Source of the DNA: Octopus bimaculoides
Lineage: Eukaryota
Reading direction: 5' to 3'
Length of the DNA: 56,589 nt
Assembly (NCBI RefSeq): GCF_001194135.2
Contig: NC_069008.1
Span: 7,206,461-7,263,049, forward strand
Shown here: positions 23,807-35,569 of the stretch, one piece after another
Numbering within the stretch: the first letter of the stretch is position 1
Layout: each line of letters opens with the position of its first letter
Notes under the pieces: model-generated
Told to the model about the DNA's origin: nothing
What the model saw: only the letters and a program-made list of their open reading frames with translations
Database searches by the model: none
Made by a program: the position numbers and the translations under genes

Positions 23807-24176
23807 ATTACCTCCGCCTTCGCTATGGCGGAGGTATTGTTTTCGGTCGTGTTTGTTTGTTTGTTTGTCCGAGGACAAGATATCTCAAGAACCTCTGGAT
23901 GGATTTGGATGAAACTTTCAGGGATGTTTGACCTCGTGACTGGCACGAACTGATTAGATTTTGGGAATCCGGACAAGGATTCTGGATTATTTTTCCTGTT
24001 TTTTTTTTTTTTCTTACTTAACCTTTGAGAGCAGTCGGATTCATTTTTAGTATTCTCGTCTGTGAGAGCAGTCGAGTTTATTTCAGATATTCTCATTTTA
24101 AAAATCGTCTCTGGTTAATCGTTGAGATGGCGTTTGTGTTGCCTTAGTAGAGGTTTGCGCTCTCTAAGAGCTCTTA
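23807..24176 (+). mobile_element. Non-autonomous Helentron-like element (HINE/DINE-1 type)
   Basis: 5' hairpin TACCTCCGCC-ttcgctat-GGCGGAGGTA, then (GTTT)n and GGATGGATTTGGATGAAACTTT. 3' end AGAGGTTTGCGCTCTCTAAGAGCTCTT. Confidence 0.7.
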
Positions 24177-24289
24177 TTATTATCATTATTATTGTTGTTG
24201 TTGTTGTTTTACTTCTCAGAGCGCTCGGTCTTGTTTACTCGGGTTGATTCTGTGGGAGCGGACAGCAGCCTTCTGTCAGAGGTCTCAAA

Positions 24290-24515
24290 GGGTCTCTTTC
24301 TGCACATTATAAGCTTTGATACTTGGTTGTTAATTATCGTGGAAGATATTCAACATCCAAGTACTAATCTCAAAATCCTAGCTGTTCCCAGCAGATTATT
24401 GTTATTATTATTATTTCCTTTTATCACAGGTTTTGTTGGAACACCTGGAGTCTTGAACGCGTAGCATCCTTGCTACCTGCAGCCCACTGTACCCTGCTAT
24501 CCATCCTTTTCAGCT
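24290..24515 (-). mobile_element. Two very short R4/Dong-like 3' end fragments separated by (AAT)n
   Basis: LLGTARILRLVLGC* immediately after an AAT tract. An adjacent 3'-UTR-like piece ends in (AAT)n. Confidence 0.55.
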
Positions 24516-24549
24516 TATTATCATTATCATTATCATCATCATTATTATT

Positions 24550-24765
24550 ATTATTATTATTATCATTAATGTCATCGTCGGACAAAATGCTTATTTGTAT
24601 TTATTCCCGCTCTTTACATTCTATTTAAAATCCCATCCGAAGTCGACTTTTTTTTTTCCGGCCGGAGTCAATAAAATAAACTACCATCCAAGTATTGGGG
24701 TCGATGGTGTCCATTAGCCACCTCCTCCCAAAAAGTCCTTGACGTTGTGCCTAAATCAGTAAAAA
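24550..24765 (+). mobile_element. Diverged SINE B between (ATT)n tracts
   Basis: CGGACAAAATGCTTA..GAAGTCGACTTT..GGGGTCGAT..GTGCCTA. Confidence 0.7.
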
Positions 24766-24766
24766 A

Positions 24767-24818
<52 letters not shown>

Positions 24819-25192
24819 TAATAAATATATGATGGTATATAAAGCCATTGTTATTATTATCTCTATCTCTATTATTAATTGCTGTTAATTATTATTTGGG
24901 CAGTGGAGTCACAGACGCCATACAAAGATAACACAATGCTTTCGGTTATATTATGCGTCTTTTTCTCCTTCCTTTCATTTCTTCCGGGTCGATAAATTAA
25001 TACCAATCAACAATTGGAGCCAATGTAATCTATACCACGAACGTATACGATTCTGTTGGTCTGTATATCCTGAGCATACTTAAAATGAAGTTCACTATCA
25101 CAATGTCAGTTCGCTATGTCACAGCGTGCCGACTGCTACCATCTGTTGGACGACTTATTAAAATTGTAATCACTAACTTCTTTTTATAGTAA

Positions 25193-25297
25193 GGGCACAT
25201 GGCCTAGTGGTTAGAGCAGTAGATTCGCGGTCGAGGGATCGCGGGTTCGAATCTCAGACCGGGCGAACTGTGGGCTTATGAGCGAAACACCTAAGCG
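25193..25297 (+). mobile_element. tRNA-derived SINE head (family D), 3'-truncated
   Basis: A box TGGCCTAGTGG and B box GGTTCGAATCT. The acceptor stem does not close like a real tRNA and continues into CORE-like sequence. Confidence 0.75.
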
Positions 25298-25549
25298 ATC
25301 ATGGGGGGACAAACACAGGCACAGAAACATATATATATATATATAGGTTGAGGAGGGGTATTGGATTTAACCAAACCCAGGAGGATACAGGTAATACCGA
25401 GTAAGTGCTGTATACCGATTAGTTTGCCCCAGTCGTTATATGAACAGGATTGGGTATTATAAGTCGTGTATTAGCGTGTGTATATGTAAATATATAAAAA
25501 CAAAAGGATAAAGAGAGCAAAGGTAAGGTTGAAGAATTTTATGGATAGA

Positions 25550-25598
25550 GTCTTACAGCTGTTTCTGGGAAGATCCAGTACTTCCCTTCATCGGAGAC
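25550..25598 (-). ncRNA. Type I hammerhead motif (CCGATGA core variant)
   Basis: GTCT-CCGATGA-A-GGGAAG-TACTGGAT-CTTCCC-A-GAAAC-AGCT-GT-A-AGAC. Confidence 0.75.
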
Positions 25599-26090
25599 AG
25601 AAAAAATAAAGTAATCTATTATNNNNNNNNNNNNNNNNNNNNNNNNNNNNNNNNNNNNNNNNNNNNNNNNNNNNNNNNNNNNNNNNNNNNNNNNNNNNNN
25701 NNNNNNNNNNNNNNNNNNNNNNNNNNNNNNNNNNNNNNNNNNNNNNNNNNNNNNNNNNNNNNNNNNNNNNNNNNNNNNNNNNNNNNNNNNNNNNNNNNNN
25801 NNNNNNNNNNNNNNNNNNNNNNNNNNNNNNNNNNNNNNNNNNNNNNNNNNNNNNNNNNNNNNNNNNNNNNNNNNNNNNNNNNNNNNNNNNNNNNNNNNNN
25901 NNNNNNNNNNNNNNNNNNNNNNNNNNNNNNNNNNNNNNNNNNNNNNNNNNNNNNNNNNNNNNNNNNNNNNNNNNNNNNNNNNNNNNNNNNNNNNNNNNNN
26001 NNNNNNNNNNNNNNNNNNNNNNNNNNNNNNNNNNNNNNNNNNNNNNNNNNNNNNNNNNNNNNNNNNNNNNNNNATATATATATATACACA

Positions 26091-26255
26091 CGACAGGCTT
26101 CTTTCAGTTCCCGTCTACCAAATCCACTCACAAGGCTTTGGTTGGCGCGTGGCTATAGCAGAAGACACTTGCCAAGGTGCCGCACAGTGGGACTGAACCC
26201 GGAACCATGTGGTTGAGAAACAAGCTTCTTACCACACAGTCACACCTGCACCTAT
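26091..26255 (-). mobile_element. SINE family A, 5' part, running into (TA)n
   Basis: Matches the other A copies. Confidence 0.88.
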
Positions 26256-26937
26256 GATAAATCTAATGAACACACATTTCCTTCGTTTAATAAATAAATG
26301 AAACACAATAAAATATCATAACCTATTCACGAACTGTAAAACAATTACATTAAAGTCAACACTATTTAAAGCTAATCTCTTGGTAGATCTATTCAAAGTC
26401 GTGAGTAAGAAATTACTCGAATTTTTCATAATAATTTCATTGTGTCACCTCCGGCAGCAGTCAACGCATTTAACTAACATTTTCCTAACGTGACCTTCTT
26501 TCTCCATAGGAAGCATTAACTTTATAATTCTTTGCAAAAGTACACCAGCCCCATGATCCAACTGAATCAAATATTTTGATTAAAAAGCTCTTTATTTTCC
26601 TCTCTCAGCGGGATTCTACTTAGAGCTCAAAGCAAGGATGCAATACAAAGGTTACAGTTATGTACTTTATTATTAATACTAGACACACTCTTTTACCCCC
26701 AACAAAACTGCTGAATATATAAATAGTTAACTTCATTTCCAAGTCACTATTTATATTCGATTCGAGATCTGGATATTTTTTCCGAGCAAACATTTACGGT
26801 AGTTGTAGTCAGAAATAAAAATGAGCAAAACCAGTCACTTGTTTTACTAAAGCTATCTTTTTCATCTTTTTTTTTGTTTTTTGTTTTTTTGTTTACTCAT
26901 TCAGAAAACTAAATTCATGTGAAAATAATTATAAAGG

Positions 26938-27272
26938 GTAAAGACCCCTTTCAGAATGACTATGGGATTGCACCTAGAAAGTTATCCATCATGGCACAAG
27001 TCTGGACAAGCTTGTTTATGGAAGACCAGCAGTTTCCCATGCATACCAGCCCCCCCCCCTCTCACGCCACCAGTGTTATCCAAGGGAAAAGCAAAGACCG
27101 ATATAGCTTGGCACCAGTGACATCGCAATTCATTTCTACAGCTGAGTGAACTGGAGTAACGTGAAATAAAGCGTCTGAGCAAGGACACAACAGGCAGCCC
27201 GGTCCGGGATTCGAACTCACTACCTCAAGATTGTGAGCCTCACGCTCAAACCAATGAGCAATGCACCTTCAC
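26938..27272 (-). mobile_element. SINE family C, long form (tail type 2)
   Basis: Colinear with 54718-55017 over about 300 bp. Confidence 0.85.
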
Positions 27273-27380
27273 ATGTAAAAATGTATATCTGCTAATAAAA
27301 GATTACAATTAACACCAGTCGGCATGTCTTCAATTCGTTTAAATATTCTCTCAACTAAAGCAATAAATGCGTTATTAATA

Positions 27381-28027
27381 ACTAGCGGGACCCGTGACTA
27401 TTTCACGGAATTAATGGTAAAGTTATTGGGTTATTTCTGAAAATGTTATCCAAAATACCTGAAGGTTGTAGCCTGGGTTGCGTCTGTATCAAAAGATAGT
27501 CATTCATCTGCTACTTATTGAAAAGTGAAGGAAATTCGAATACGATGCTTATTTAATTCACTTAATTCACTTATTTAATTCACTTTAATACACTTAATAT
27601 TCTTAACGTGCAATTTTATAGACTTAATACACAGCACTCATAGGATAAATATTGGCTTTTATTTTTCAATTTTCCTATTAACAAAAAAAAAATACTTTTT
27701 AAAATTCACATGGTCACAATTTCATACCTAGAAGACAAAAAACAATTCTAATAAAAACAATTATTTTAGATGTAAAATATAGGAGTCACACTTTTACGGG
27801 GGTAAAAATTTAATGCAACATGGCATGCTCTGAAAACCACATCATTGGTAACATATAGGCTAAGATATGGGTCAGAGCCAATACACATTTCAATTTGTGT
27901 ACACCATTCAATTCACCACCATCTCCATCACCACCACCACTACCACCACTTCCACCACCATTTTCACCACCACCATCATCATCATCATTCTCTCCCTCTC
28001 TCTCCCTCTCCCTCTCTCTCTCTCCCT

Positions 28028-28074
<47 letters not shown>

Positions 28075-28570
28075 TGCCTTTCTTTAACCTCACCATCAGA
28101 ACATCACCCCTCAGCTAAATTTATATTCTCCTCCTCTACATAACTCTCCTCCTCTACATCACCACCTTCAGCTAATTTTTTTAACCACGTAATAAATATT
28201 ACGTCCTCCCTACCTCACGTCATGGACGTTTCTCTCTCCGTCTTTTTCTCTCTCTCCCTCTTTTCTCCTCTTTTTGTCTCACTCTTCGCCTTATCCTCTT
28301 TTTCTGTCTCCTCTTTCTTTCTCCCTCTTACTCTCCCTTTCCCTTCAACTAATCACGTGAAAGCGTACAATCACGTTCCCTCTACCTCACGTCATGGATG
28401 TTTCCCTCTCCCTCTTCTTTTCTCTCCCTCTTTTTCACTCTCCGTCATTTTCTCTCTCCTTTCCTTTCTCCCGCTTTTTCTCTCGCTCTTCGACTTTCCC
28501 TTCAACTAATCACGTGAAAACGTTACGGACGGACTAAGTAACGTACGAACAAACAGAACGATTATCAGAC
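27381..28570 (+). mobile_element. Possible Helitron/Helentron-like non-autonomous element with internal simple repeats
   Basis: Starts ACTAGC with a CCGTGA/TCACGG hairpin (27392-27408). Internal (CAC)n, (CT)n and a ~165-bp duplication. Ends in ACGGACGGAC..AACAAACAG. Confidence 0.3.
28195..28520. repeat. ~160-170 bp tandem duplication with pyrimidine-rich core
   Basis: CTACCTCACGTCATGGA.GTTT at about 28210 and 28383. TTCCCTTCAACTAATCACGTGAAA at about 28340 and 28497. Confidence 0.8.
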
Positions 28571-29014
28571 AAACCTAATCAGCTACTTCAATCTCTTCTC
28601 ACCTTAACAAATAAAAGCATTATAACTACACTTGCATAAAAAGAAATTTCCCAATTTTGATAGAAATATATTAATAACCGTCACTAAACTCTATATCACT
28701 AACTTTAAATATCCCTTCTTGTACTCTTTTCAGTTATAGAGATACAGCGTAGAGAAATCATACAAACGAATGGTTCAAAGTATCTTCTGCAGCTTGCTAG
28801 AAAACCATTACTAGACCTAATATTTCAAAATAAGCTAACATCCAAATTTCAGAAAATTCCTTTTCAATACTTCATAAAATACGACCAAAAAAAAAACTGT
28901 AATACTTTATTAAACAATATAGAGAGATGTTTATTGGCATCTTTCTGCAACCTGCAATAAATCAACTCTTATAAGGGATTTTTATACAATTTTGGAATAC
29001 AAAAATCTTTGTCC

Positions 29015-29103
29015 TCTTCTACGCCGAAACCACGGTTGAGAATCGAACTCACGACTTTGCAATCGTGGGCCGAGTACACAAGCCACAAAGACACATGCCT
29101 TCA
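29015..29103 (-). mobile_element. SINE family C head fragment
   Basis: GAGAATCGAACTCACGAC..AAGCCACAAAG.CATGCCTTCA. Confidence 0.6.
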
Positions 29104-29382
29104 GTGAATATTCACGTTCACTGTATATGTATCCATTTCGTATCAGCAAACACCCAGTCTATCATTCATGTCGGCATTGTATCTATGTATCTAGTCACTA
29201 TCTACACACTGTTTATTTACTCAGTTCAAATATACAGCCCCTCTGTGTGTGTGTGTATGTATGTGTGTGTGTGTGTGTGTGTGTGTGCATGTGTGTGCGC
29301 GCGCGCGTGTATGTGTAATACAGAAATGTATACATAAGCTGTATAACTGCAATGGGTATGTAAACAGTAGTGTGTAAACATT

Positions 29383-30187
29383 ATGTATGTATGTATGTAT
29401 GCATGTATGTATGTATGTATGAATGGATGGATGTATGCATGTATGTATGTATGTATGTATGCATGTATGTATGTATGTAGGGATGTATGTATGTATGTGT
29501 GTGTGTATGTATGTATGTATGTATGCATGCATGCATGTATGTATGTATGTATGTGTGTATGTATGCATGTATGTATGTATGCATGTATGTATGTATGTAT
29601 GTATGTATGTATGTAGGGATGTATGTATGTATGTATGTGTGTATGTATGTATGTATGTATGCATGTATGTATGTATGCATGTATATATGTATGCATGTAT
29701 GTATGTATGTATGTATGTATGTGTGTGTGTATGTATGTATGTATGTATGTATGNNNNNNNNNNNNNNNNNNNNNNNNNNNNNNNNNNNNNNNNNNNNNNN
29801 NNNNNNNNNNNNNNNNNNNNNNNNNNNNNNNNNNNNNNNNNNNNNNNNNNNNNNNNNNNNNNNNNNNNNNNNNNNNNNNNNNNNNNNNNNNNNNNNNNNN
29901 NNNNNNNNNNNNNNNNNNNNNNNNNNNNNNNNNNNNNNNNNNNNNNNNNNNNNNNNNNNNNNNNNNNNNNNNNNNNNNNNNNNNNNNNNNNNNNNNNNNN
30001 NNNNNNNNGTATACATGTATGTATGTATGTATGCATGTATGTATGTATGTATGTATGTATGTATGTATGTATGCATGTATGTATGCATGTATATATGTAT
30101 GCATATATGTATGTATGTATATATGTATGTATGTATTATGTATGTATACATGTATGTATGCATGTATGCATGTATGTATGTACGTAA
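29383..30187. repeat. (TATG)n/(TG)n compound microsatellite with internal gap
   Basis: Direct inspection. It is the source of the YVCM/HTYI pseudo-ORFs. Confidence 0.97.
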
Positions 30188-30489
30188 ATGCTTCAATGTA
30201 TATAGTTGCCATTATTACAATTTATCAGTCCCAATTAAAGCCTTTCGCTCCCATTTAGTAATCAATAACGATTTCTATATCTATAATCAACAAGATAAAA
30301 ACTGTGGCCGGGTCGCAAAGGGAATATCATGTGACACTAAGTATTTACATATTAAATTACAATTTTATACGGCAGGGGTGAAGAGGAGCGGGAGTGGAAC
30401 GGGAGTGCGAGAGAGCGTGAAGGAAGGCATGCGAGAGATCGGAGATATCGAGATTAAAAGGGACTATATATATATATATATATGTATAC

Positions 30490-30521
<32 letters not shown>

Positions 30522-31357
30522 NNNNNNNNNNNNNNNNNNNNNNNNNNNNNNNNNNNNNNNNNNNNNNNNNNNNNNNNNNNNNNNNNNNNNNNNNNNNNNN
30601 NNNNNNNNNNNNNNNNNNNNNNNNNNNNNNNNNNNNNNNNNNNNNNNNNNNNNNNNNNNNNNNNNNNNNNNNNNNNNNNNNNNNNNNNNNNNNNNNNNNN
30701 NNNNNNNNNNNNNNNNNNNNNNNNNNNNNNNNNNNNNNNNNNNNNNNNNNNNNNNNNNNNNNNNNNNNNNNNNNNNNNNNNNNNNNNNNNNNNNNNNNNN
30801 NNNNNNNNNNNNNNNNNNNNNNNNNNNNNNNNNNNNNNNNNNNNNNNNNNNNNNNNNNNNNNNNNNNNNNNNNNNNNNNNNNNNNNNNNNNNNNNNNNNN
30901 NNNNNNNNNNNNNNNNNNNNNNNNNNNNNNNNNNNNNNNNNNNNNNNNNNNNNNNNNNNNNNNNNNNNNNNNNNNNNNNNNNNNNNNNNNNNNNNNNNNN
31001 NNNNNNNNNNNNNNNNNNNNNNNNNNNNNNNNNNNNNNNNNNNNNNNNNNNNNNNNNNNNNNNNNNNNNNNNNNNNNNNNNNNNNNNNNNNNNNNNNNNN
31101 NNNNNNNNNNNNNNNNNNNNNNNNNNNNNNNNNNNNNNNNNNNNNNNNNNNNNNNNNNNNNNNNNNNNNNNNNNNNNNNNNNNNNNNNNNNNNNNNNNNN
31201 NNNNNNNNNNNNNNNNNNNNNNNNNNNNNNNNNNNNNNNNNNNNNNNNNNNNNNNNNNNNNNNNNNNNNNNNNNNTACATATACATGTGTATTTATATAT
31301 CTACTTACACCTATATGCATGTCTATATTTATATCTATCTACATATATATATATTTA

Positions 31358-31427
<70 letters not shown>

Positions 31428-31869
31428 TATGTTTTTATTACACATATTTAGCATATTCACACAAAGCCGTTTGTTAACGAGCATATATATATATATATAC
31501 ATATATATATGTATATATAATTGTTAATAAGATAATAAATTACCATATATTAACATGTTAATGAAATTTCTTTCTTGAAAGAAATATGCATATTGAATGA
31601 AGAATTTCTTTTTGACTCACCATATCTCCGTCTCGTCCTCGATTACACAGGCACACACATCCACACGCGCGCGCGCATACATACAAATAAATTTGCAATT
31701 CGTGTAAAATGTGTACTTATAAACAGGCGCACATTTACATAGAAAGAAACCTACTTTCTAGAGTGTACTTAAGAATATAAGTATAGATTTTTATACATCT
31801 TTAGATATATTCTGTATTTTATTATCGCATTGAAACAAGCATCCTAAACGCATCAGTAATACATACGTA

Positions 31870-32286
31870 CGTGCGTGCGTGCATGCATAAATACATACAT
31901 ACACACACACACATACATACATACATATATACATACATACGTACATACATACACACATATACACACACGTACACACATATACATACATATATACACACAT
32001 ACATGCATATATACATACATAGTACATACATACACACACATACACACAAACCTACGCACACATATACACACATATACATATATATGTGCATACATACACA
32101 CACATACATACATACACACACATACACACACATATACATACATACATGCATGCATGCATGCATACATACATACATACATACATACACACATACATACATA
32201 CATACATACACACATACATACACACACATACATACATACATACACACACATACATACATATACATACATACATGCATGCATGCATG

Positions 32287-32318
<32 letters not shown>

Positions 32319-32330
32319 CATACATACATA
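31870..32330. repeat. (CATA)n/(CA)n compound microsatellite
   Basis: Direct inspection. Confidence 0.97.
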
Positions 32331-32414
32331 GCAAATTAATTATCCTCAAACACGATCTACGGTAATTGAAAAACTTCATTATTGTAAAAAGTTTTATGAA
32401 CAAAAAATGATAAA

Positions 32415-32510
32415 CCGAAAGTTTGCTCGAAAGTTTGCCCGAAAGTTTGCCCGAAAGTCTTCCCGAAAGTTTGCCCGAAAGTTTGCCCGAAAGTTTGCCC
32501 GAAAGTTTGC
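32415..32510. repeat. 12-bp minisatellite (CCCGAAAGTTTG) x8
   Basis: Direct inspection; two variant units. Confidence 0.95.
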
Positions 32511-32519
32511 AGTGTGAAT

Positions 32520-33033
32520 GGCGATATCACGAAGGTGGTAAATGCTTTTTCCCAGGAAGACCAAAAGTCATTTTAGTGGGTAATTTGAAATATAAACAAA
32601 GAACACAATCGCGATGCAGCATAGTTAAACGAACTACGGAGTGAGTATTATATAAATGCCTCTCCCAAAACGTATAACATCACCTTTTAAACGCTCCTAG
32701 CGGTTGTTATTACACTGCCAAATAGAAAATCTCATAAGAGTGACCTACCCGATAGTAAGCTACAGGTACAAAAATGCTCGCGTTCTACAAGGAAATTCTC
32801 AAGATCCTCTTCAAAAACACAACGGACGCTGAACTAGATATATCAGATTAGCTGACACTTACACAGACTACTCTTATCCCCAAGAACAAAGACACCCATG
32901 AGGCGAAAACTATAGGCCCACAGTATACTTGAATACAAACTGTACATAGGTTGTTTGAATATGTCTCTCCAAGACCACTGCCAAATAAATGACGTGATAA
33001 CTGATGAGCAGGAAGGCAGGCAGAATATCGAAT
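32520..33033 (+). mobile_element. R4/Dong-like RT N-terminal fragment
   Basis: QTTLIPKNKDTHEA, NYRP and LYIGCLNMSLQDHCQINDVITDEQEG, with frameshifts. Cut off by the foldback at 33034. Confidence 0.75.
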
Positions 33034-33052
33034 AACATTCTTTATTTTAAAA

Positions 33053-33158
33053 GTCACTACAATTGTTTCGGCACATTTTTACACACGTAGTACATTGCTG
33101 AGATGTTGTGTAATCATTATCCTGCATCCAAAATATAAAAAGCGCTTCCTCATGTGAC
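33053..33158 (-). ncRNA. Hammerhead-like motif with long helix II insert
   Basis: GTCAC-ATGAGGA-A-GCGC..GTGC-C-GAAAC-AATT-GT-A-GTGAC. C3 is mutated to A. Confidence 0.6.
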
Positions 33159-33248
33159 TGTGCAACTGAAAATGACACATCACTTTTGGTATGCATTCTC
33201 ACACTGAGTGAAATGACGGCAGGATCTAACAAAGGACTTATTGAAACA

Positions 33249-33353
33249 ATCACCCGAGAAGCGCATTTTACACTTTGGATGCATAATAATGATTACATAA
33301 CATCTCAGCAATATGCTACGGGTGTAAAAATCTGTCGAAACAATTGTAGTGGT
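33249..33353 (+). ncRNA. Degenerate hammerhead-like motif (mirror of 33053-33158)
   Basis: ATCAC-CCGA-GA-AGCGC..GAAAC-AATT-GT-A-GTGGT, with one core deletion. Confidence 0.5.
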
Positions 33354-33569
33354 TTTAAATAAAGAATGTTGTTCATGCAATTTTCTGTCGTTTATTTATT
33401 TTTATTTATTTATTTATTTATTTATTTAAACGCTGCGAATAATATGAAATTTCTGATGTATTTCCAGTAGCAGTAACATTTTCATTGTATGATGGTTTCA
33501 GGTCGCCAATAAATTAGGACGAGCTTTGCATAGCTTTTTACATAGTGTTTGCCTGAATCTTAAGTAGAC

Positions 33570-33631
<62 letters not shown>

Positions 33632-33660
33632 GTAGATAACAGACAGACAGACAGATAGAC

Positions 33661-33706
<46 letters not shown>

Positions 33707-33710
33707 TGAG

Positions 33711-33757
<47 letters not shown>

Positions 33758-33847
33758 CATCTATCATCGCTTGACAACCGATGTTGGTGTGTTTACGTCC
33801 CCGTAAACTAGCGGTTCGGCCAAGAGCCGGATAGAACAAGTACTAGG
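33758..33847 (+). mobile_element. SINE family A, 3' part (truncated), preceded by (GATA)n
   Basis: ATCGCTTGACAACCGATGTTGGTGTGTTTACGTCCCCG. Confidence 0.82.
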
Positions 33848-34389
33848 GTGTAAAAATCTGTCGAAACATAGATATATATATACATAGATATAGATATAGA
33901 TATAGATATATATACACACACACACACACACACANNNNNNNNNNNNNNNNNNNNNNNNNNNNNNNNNNNNNNNNNNNNNNNNNNNNNNNNNNNNNNNNNN
34001 NNNNNNNNNNNNNNNNNNNNNNNNNNNNNNNNNNNNNNNNNNNNNNNNNNNNNNNNNNNNNNNNNNNNNNNNNNNNNNNNNNNNNNNNNNNNNNNNNNNN
34101 NNNNNNNNNNNNNNNNNNNNNNNNNNNNNNNNNNNNNNNNNNNNNNNNNNNNNNNNNNNNNNNNNNNNNNNNNNNNNNNNNNNNNNNNNNNNNNNNNNNN
34201 NNNNNNNNNNNNNNNNNNNNNNNNNNNNNNNNNNNNNNNNNNNNNNNNNNNNNNNNNNNNNNNNNNNNNNNNNNNNNNNNNNNNNNNNNNNNNNNNNNNN
34301 NNNNNNNNNNNNNNNNNNNNNNNNNNNNNNNNNNNNNNNNNNNNNNNNNNNNNNNNNNNNNNNNNNNNNNNNNNNNNNNNNNNNNNNNN

Positions 34390-34452
<63 letters not shown>

Positions 34453-34834
34453 CAGTAGTAGTAGTAGTAGTTTGAAGAGGAGAGGGAGGAGGAGGTGAAG
34501 GTGTGTGAGGTGCAGGTGGAGGAGATAGAGGTGGTGGAGTTTGTGTATAAGTACAAGTATATTTTGANNNNNNNNNNTTCTTTTTTTTTTCTTTTTTTTT
34601 TTTCACATGTACTTTGTGAAAGGTGGAATAAATATTGTTTGTATCGGTTGATACGGTGGCCTGTTTCTTTTATTTCGAAGATCCGAACTCTTCACTGTCA
34701 CCAATAGTTACCAGGTCAAGCAATTTGCTGCGCAGAGATATATGCACGTTCGTATGCATAGGTGCGGGTACGCATTCGAGGCTGTGAGTAGCTGCACAAC
34801 TAAGCGGGTTTGGATACGTGTACATGCATTTGCA

Positions 34835-34900
<66 letters not shown>

Positions 34901-35078
34901 CAGTAGTAGTAGTAGTAGTTTGAAGAGGAGAGGGAGGAGGAGGTGAAGGTGTGTGAGGTGCAGGTGGAGNNNNNNNNNNNNNNNNNNNNGGAGGAGATAG
35001 AGGTGGTGGAGTTTGTGTATAAGTACAAGTATATTTTGATTGCTACGCACTAGTTTCATATATATATATATATATATA

Positions 35079-35500
35079 CCGTAAATCCTCGAGCATAATC
35101 CGCACTTTTTCCCAAAGTTTAAAGGTCAAAATTTCTAGTGCGTACTATACACGAGGTTAAAAATGAAAAATATTTTCTAAGCAAAATTTTCTAAGTGATA
35201 AATATGTAAATGCAATTTACTTAATATTTATTTTTCACTGACATTATTACTGTAATTTCTTTATTTTCTGCAAACAAAGTGCACAAAAACGCTACACGTT
35301 TGCATTATGTTATATATACATTAATAATAAAGAACGTTACCGTATATACGTTTACAAACCAAGGACGTTATATAGACCTCCTTGACTCAAGTTTGAGAAG
35401 GAGTGCGTATTATACACAAGGTTTAGGTTTTTCAGAGGTACAACCTCCTAAAATTCCCCTGCGTATTATACTCAAGGGCGGACTATACTCGAGGATTTAC

Positions 35501-35502
<2 letters not shown>
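35079..35502. mobile_element. Tc1/mariner-superfamily (pogo/Tigger-like) MITE, 424 bp, in (TA)n
   Basis: 25-bp TIRs CCGTAAATCCTCGAG(C/T)ATA(A/G)TCCGC (23/25 match). TA on both sides. Subterminal GCGTA(C/T)TATAC repeats. Confidence 0.88.

Positions 35503-35569
<67 letters not shown>

Larger units (their letters stand above)
33034..33370. mobile_element. Foldback element with diverged ~125-bp arms, each carrying a hammerhead-like motif
   Basis: 33034-33158 is the reverse complement of 33249-33370 (about 14 differences over about 115 bp by manual alignment). Confidence 0.85.

Noticed and set aside
25193-25270. Possible tRNA gene
   Set aside because: A and B boxes are present, but there is no closing acceptor stem or poly-T terminator, and it continues into SINE body sequence.
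27845-28143. His/Pro/Thr-rich ORFs
   Set aside because: (CAC)n and (CT)n low-complexity translation.
29221-32403. Long ORFs (up to 654 aa) of YVCM, HTYI and CVCV repeats
   Set aside because: Translations of (TATG)n/(CA)n microsatellites and N gaps; not coding evidence.
32415-32510. CRISPR-like or regularly spaced repeat
   Set aside because: Contiguous 12-bp units without unique spacers, in a eukaryotic context with no cas genes.
34578-34835. Possible processed (polyadenylated) retrocopy on the minus strand
   Set aside because: The nearest AATAAA is about 70 nt from the A-run, there is no convincing ORF or TSD, and it lies between gaps and duplicated sequence.
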